From a virus (lineage: Duplodnaviria; Caudoviricetes): a stretch of 29,910 bases of DNA. The position numbers and the translations under genes were made by a program. The notes beneath the pieces were generated by a model that saw only the letters and a list, made by a program, of their open reading frames with translations, searched no databases and was not told where the DNA came from. The stretch spans positions 1-29,910 of IMG/VR virus record IMGVR_UViG_3300017903_003334; one strand, given 5' to 3'. Positions 26,070 to 29,910 of this stretch are shown piece after piece; the stretch's first letter is position 1; every line of letters starts with the position of its first letter.

Positions 26070-27560
26070 TTAATAAAACGCCGAAGCAGGATTCATTGCA
26101 AATCCAGTAGAAGCATTAAAGTTATTTTGTACACCAAAGCTTAGTTGTCCTACAGGTTGCTGTTGTAAAATAACATTATCACCACCGCGATTAGTAGAAT
26201 TATCCTGAACAATCGTAGTATTTCCGCCATTATCACCACCTTGTACTTCGTTGTTTGCTTCAGCTTGCGATAAAGCTTGCAATGCAACTCTAGTTCCTGT
26301 GCGGTCTAATCCAATCATCATTCTATTTGCTTCTTCATAAGAATTATATGCAGCACGAGCCGCAGCTAATTCTGGAGTACCAGCAAAATCTGGTAACGCT
26401 ATACCGCCTGGAGCCATTAATTCTAATTGAGCGCGGGCTGCATCAAGGCTTCTGGCAGTATTTTGAACTGCAACAGCTTCTTGTCGCTCCGCTAAAAATG
26501 CAGTTTGCTCTTGTTGAGTTCTAAATAATTCTGGGAACATTCGTTTAGCAGTTTCTTCTCCGAGAAGACCTCTAGCAACATCGCGCATAACAAACTTGAC
26601 AATATTATCAATCATTCCCTTAAGTTGATTATGAACTTTTTTGCTTTCTTCTTCAGGATTTTCGAATAGTGCTTCTACCTGTTCAAAGAAAGCTTTGTAT
26701 AATTTAGGAAGATTTTTAATATGTTCCTCAAAGCTAAACTCATCAATAAAAGTTGCGGCTACTCCAGCAATAGTGTCATCAGAATATTTGCCGTCAGGTC
26801 CTGGCTTAGTGCCAAAAATCATATCCAATGCGCCAACAGTAACTCTTTTCAGAAGATCTAATGGCGCACCAATGAAATCACCAATGAAAGCGAAAGCTGA
26901 TTGTGCTATTCTATCAGCCATTGGTTCACCTTCAGATTGCTTCCAAGCTTCAAAAGTATCGCTCAATGAAAAGATAATACCAACTGGCAAAAAGAATTTA
27001 CCCAGTAATTTACCTAGAGCTCCGATAGCACCAGTAATTGGTGCACCAGCAACTTTCAAGCCGCCAAATCCAAGGTCTGTTAATTTTCCGATAATTTTAT
27101 TATTTGCTAAAGCATCTCGTATGTTGTCAGCAATAGCCAATGGACCTTTTAAAAGATCATCGATACCAGCTAATGCTTTTGTTTCCCAACCCCTAATACC
27201 TTCTAACGAAGCAACAAATGCAGAAGTACCACTGACAAGCGCACCAAGACCTCCGACCAAAGCTCCACCGAGTCCACCTAATGCTAGTGGATTAAATCCA
27301 TTTCCGCCTCCACCTTCTGAAGCGCTTTTACTTTCATTGATTAGGCGTAATTGTTCTTGCTCTTGCCTAGCACGTTCGCGTTCTTCTTCACGCATGCGTT
27401 CAAGTGCTTCAACTTGCTGCATTTGCAAAGTATCAATGAACGAGGACATAGTATCAGTAAGCTTAATAATCGAATCGTTAACGATATTAAGCATTCTGGT
27501 GTTCTGGCCACGATTAGATTGTAGCTGAACAATTACTTTATCCAAAGTTGCTTCTGCCAT
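26070..27560 (-). CDS. Tape-measure/baseplate-hub protein (gp29-like)
   Basis: 496 aa, coiled coil plus Gly/Ala/Leu-rich helices, NTTIVQDNS tail; position downstream of gp26/gp51. Confidence 0.65.
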   Translation of the reverse strand: MAEATLDKVIVQLQSNRGQNTRMLNIVNDSIIKLTDTMSSFIDTLQMQQVEALERMREEERERARQEQEQLRLINESKSASEGGGGNGFNPLALGGLGGALVGGLGALVSGTSAFVASLEGIRGWETKALAGIDDLLKGPLAIADNIRDALANNKIIGKLTDLGFGGLKVAGAPITGAIGALGKLLGKFFLPVGIIFSLSDTFEAWKQSEGEPMADRIAQSAFAFIGDFIGAPLDLLKRVTVGALDMIFGTKPGPDGKYSDDTIAGVAATFIDEFSFEEHIKNLPKLYKAFFEQVEALFENPEEESKKVHNQLKGMIDNIVKFVMRDVARGLLGEETAKRMFPELFRTQQEQTAFLAERQEAVAVQNTARSLDAARAQLELMAPGGIALPDFAGTPELAAARAAYNSYEEANRMMIGLDRTGTRVALQALSQAEANNEVQGGDNGGNTTIVQDNSTNRGGDNVILQQQPVGQLSFGVQNNFNASTGFAMNPASAFY

Positions 27561-27744
27561 TGCTTTCCCGCTGCCGCCTTTCTTCTTCCTTCAAATGGTT
27601 AACGAGTAGGTTAATATAGACCTCTCGCTCCCACGGTATCATTTCTTCTATCTCACTCAATGAATAATTATACGAATGCATCAACTTGAAGTTCATTTGA
27701 TAGAAAACTTCAAGTGATGTGTGAGATAGGCCTAGGATAAAAAA
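27538..27744 (-). CDS. gp51: gp51-like baseplate hub/tail assembly protein (probably translated as a -1 frameshift extension of gp26)
   Basis: Read by hand: FFILGLSHTSLEVFYQMNFKLMHSYNYSLSEIEEMIPWEREVYINLLVNHLKEEE... The first ATG is at 27696, inside the conserved region, and has no SD. Confidence 0.85.
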   Translation of the reverse strand, partial: FFILGLSHTSLEVFYQMNFKLMHSYNYSLSEIEEMIPWEREVYINLLVNHLKEEERRQRESNGRSNFG

Positions 27745-27759
27745 TTGGTAGCGCCCTCC
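27648..27759 (-). promoter_or_regulatory. Putative -1 programmed ribosomal frameshift signal
   Basis: GGAGGG, 9 nt, T_TTT_TTA in the gp26 frame, 8 nt, then a CTATCTCAC/GTGAGATAG stem enclosing a second ~14-bp stem. Confidence 0.7.
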
Positions 27760-28439
27760 ACTTTAGTTTGGTTATGTTCTCCGCATGAACTGCAATTATA
27801 TTCGAATGTATGTTCAACCCTTGGGAATTTTTCAATAAAGGTTTTTAATACTTCAAACTGTTGATTGTCCATCGATTCCAAAAAGTCAGTTACCTCTTTG
27901 TCGGTAACATCAGTCATAGAAATTCGTTCTTCTTCTGTCTTCACTGCTTTAATGCAACGCTTAATGATATCGAGTGATACTTCAGCCTGCGATTTATCAT
28001 TATTAACAGTTGCCACAATATCTGAGAATGATGGCCAGTCAAGTTCTAGTTGGATACCTGGTTGAATCTCAGGATTTTTATCAACTTCAGGGATAGTCAC
28101 CTGAATATCTTCTAGATTGACTGACACTTCATTTGTATGATCACATTTATCACATTTCAGACCGATCGTAGTAGTTTCACCTACCGACTTAGATCTAATC
28201 TGAATAAACATATATTCGACATCAAATGATGGTAAAGTATTTGACTTCACTGGCAAATCTACGCATGAGTCAATCACGTCATTTAATGTATGCAAAATAT
28301 TTTCAAACTTGCCACTTTCCATGGCAATCATTAATGCTTTTTCTTCTTTTACAACAAATGGCCTAAATTTTACAGGTTTGCCACTTGATGGTAATGTTAA
28401 TTCATATTTTGGTGTTGCATTAAGTTTAGGTAATGCCAT
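27732..28439 (-). CDS. gp26: gp26-like baseplate hub subunit/assembly chaperone
   Basis: MALPKL..PKYELTLPSSGKPVKFRPFVVKEEK, FDVEYMFIQIRSKSVGE, two CxxC pairs; ATG at 28439 after GGAG. Confidence 0.9.
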   Translation of the reverse strand: MALPKLNATPKYELTLPSSGKPVKFRPFVVKEEKALMIAMESGKFENILHTLNDVIDSCVDLPVKSNTLPSFDVEYMFIQIRSKSVGETTTIGLKCDKCDHTNEVSVNLEDIQVTIPEVDKNPEIQPGIQLELDWPSFSDIVATVNNDKSQAEVSLDIIKRCIKAVKTEEERISMTDVTDKEVTDFLESMDNQQFEVLKTFIEKFPRVEHTFEYNCSSCGEHNQTKVEGATNFLS

Positions 28440-28457
28440 TATATACTCCAATATAAT

Positions 28458-29021
28458 TTAGATATTAAAAACTCGTCCCGAAGGAATCACTTTCCAATTT
28501 GTATAAGTCAATTGTACGGTCATTTCGATATATGCATCAGATAGGTTATTAAAGCTGATATCACCAGTAAATGATGGGTATGCATCTTTCAACTCAATAC
28601 CATAAACTGATCGTACTTTATTTACTTCTGTGCTGCCTTGTTCAATTGCATGTTCCAACTGATGGATTGCAACTTTACGCGCATAGCTTTGTTTATAAGC
28701 GGCGACATGATAGTCTTCATTCACAATAGCACTTCGCCATGCATCAAAATAACGACGTGCCGCATAATCGTTTGTTAGAATGAACGACAAAACTACCGGA
28801 GCAACCTGATAGCCATATGCTACTTGTTGTCTTTCCATTCCGATATAGCGTTCAATATTTAAAATGTCTTTACTAGGTAATACTGCATTCGTGCAAAGCA
28901 AGTTCATGTCTCGAGCAGATACTTCACCAATGCTTGGTAACTCTACTAGAAAATTATTGGGCCTAGCTAAACCACCACGAACTGCTATTTCGCTTTTTAG
29001 TTTATCGATTGTTGCTGTCAT
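28458..29021 (-). CDS. Tail-tube-fold protein (gp19/gp54-like tail tube initiator)
   Basis: GGLARPNNFLVEL, LLCTNAVLP, YFDAW, LKDAYPS, TVQLTY..W pattern. Confidence 0.8.
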   Translation of the reverse strand: MTATIDKLKSEIAVRGGLARPNNFLVELPSIGEVSARDMNLLCTNAVLPSKDILNIERYIGMERQQVAYGYQVAPVVLSFILTNDYAARRYFDAWRSAIVNEDYHVAAYKQSYARKVAIHQLEHAIEQGSTEVNKVRSVYGIELKDAYPSFTGDISFNNLSDAYIEMTVQLTYTNWKVIPSGRVFNI

Positions 29022-29581
29022 TATCGTGCCTTAGCTCTTGAGTCTGCATAGACCTTGCTAGCAGATGCTTTGTTCCAATTCGCAGTTGGAAGGAATGTTG
29101 CAATTTCCCATTCTGGTTTATCGACTAAAGCAAACTGACTTCTGACTTGCGAAAACAGATAACGCTTCATTGCAGGAGCAAAGAAGTTTTGTGGAATACC
29201 TTCACCACCAAGAACAGCGTTTAGAACTTTTGCCCGCATCATTGGTGGAAGGTAATGTAGATTCAAACCATAGAATCCACCTTCAGCTGGACCAAGCATT
29301 AGAATCAATGGGAAACCATCGTAATATGGCAATGTTTGTTTATATTTCGGATCATAAAAATACATGTACATATTACCGACAGGACCTGAAGTGTCAGGTC
29401 TTGCGGATCGCGTCAGTTCTTCATTTTGCAAGAGAGACGATCTATTGTTAATAGTACGTCCTCTAAACAGTTGTCTTACTTTTTTACGGAACCACTCGAC
29501 ACTTTCTTTTGTTCGTGGAGTAATACCCGCACGAAACGCTTCGATCTCTAGTTCTTTAAAAAGGTTCTTTAAATCAGCCAT
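29021..29581 (-). CDS. gp2: DNA end protector protein gp2
   Basis: GNMYMYFYDPKYKQTLPYYDGFPLI..GFYGLNLHYLPP..KRYL..EW..FLPT. Confidence 0.92.
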   Translation of the reverse strand: MADLKNLFKELEIEAFRAGITPRTKESVEWFRKKVRQLFRGRTINNRSSLLQNEELTRSARPDTSGPVGNMYMYFYDPKYKQTLPYYDGFPLILMLGPAEGGFYGLNLHYLPPMMRAKVLNAVLGGEGIPQNFFAPAMKRYLFSQVRSQFALVDKPEWEIATFLPTANWNKASASKVYADSRAKAR

Positions 29582-29586
29582 GATTG

Positions 29587-29594
29587 TATTTATA
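29587..29594 (-). promoter_or_regulatory. T4-type late promoter TATAAATA
   Basis: Exact consensus on the minus strand, 5 nt before the gp2 ATG. Confidence 0.8.
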
Positions 29595-29595
29595 A

Positions 29596-29910
29596 CTATT
29601 TTTTAACTTTTTTGCGATATGGTTTTAATGGCTTTAATTTACCTGGTACCTTTTTCATTGGTTTAGGTAATAATCCCATTTCTTGCAAAGTATCTTCTGT
29701 CCAAACTCTAAATTCCCATCCTCGGTCCTTACAGAATTCTTCGGCAGCTTCCCATTTATTCATGTTCTTGACGTAAGTCATTGCCTCGTTCAAGTAACGT
29801 TTAGATTTGTCTGGTCGTTTAGGTGGAACAGTTTCTTTGCCTGGTTTAATTTCTACAAGAATAGTTGTGCCATCTTTATAGGTAATTTTTAAGTCAGGAA
29901 AATATCTATG
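29596..29910 (-). CDS. gp4: Head completion protein gp4 (5'-truncated)
   Basis: Frame open from the window end: HRYFPDLKITY..LVEIKP..KWEAAEEFCKDRGWEFRVWTE. Confidence 0.92.
   Translation of the reverse strand, partial: HRYFPDLKITYKDGTTILVEIKPGKETVPPKRPDKSKRYLNEAMTYVKNMNKWEAAEEFCKDRGWEFRVWTEDTLQEMGLLPKPMKKVPGKLKPLKPYRKKVKK

Noticed and set aside
26641-27528. 295-aa plus-strand ORF
   Set aside because: Antisense shadow of the tape-measure-like gene; Ser/Pro-rich, TTG start, no promoter or SD, no recognisable motif.
29596-29910. TnsA-like nuclease motif as a transposon
   Set aside because: It is T4 gp4 head completion protein in its normal position next to gp2.

Overview
A 29.9-kb, AT-rich segment of a T4-like (Tevenvirales-type) myophage genome, probably marine and infecting a Gram-negative proteobacterium. 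Left to right on the + strand it carries: a block of small, highly charged candidate internal-head proteins; a B12-dependent class II ribonucleotide reductase with a downstream Cys4 mini-protein; a pstS gene behind a well-placed Pho box; a GIY-YIG protein; a DenV-like protein; phoH; an exonuclease; and a HAD nucleotidase. Next come guaC inside a ~7.7-kb glycosyl-/sulfo-/methyl-transferase island, promoter-terminator cassettes of small early genes, two tRNAs flanking a structured spacer, gp33 and gp32. A convergent minus-strand late operon follows: gp4, gp2, a tail-tube/gp54-like gene, gp26, gp51 and a tape-measure/gp29-like gene. The strongest finding is an apparently complete -1 programmed frameshift cassette joining gp26 to gp51 (internal SD, U_UUU_UUA slippery site, 3' stem after an 8-nt spacer). 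It sits between the tube-like and tape-measure-like genes, as lambda G/GT does. Other findings are a recurring TAWATA-N5-ATG leaderless late-gene architecture, a host-PhoB-controlled pstS, and the glycan-modification island. All protein calls come from motif recognition by eye, with no database searches.
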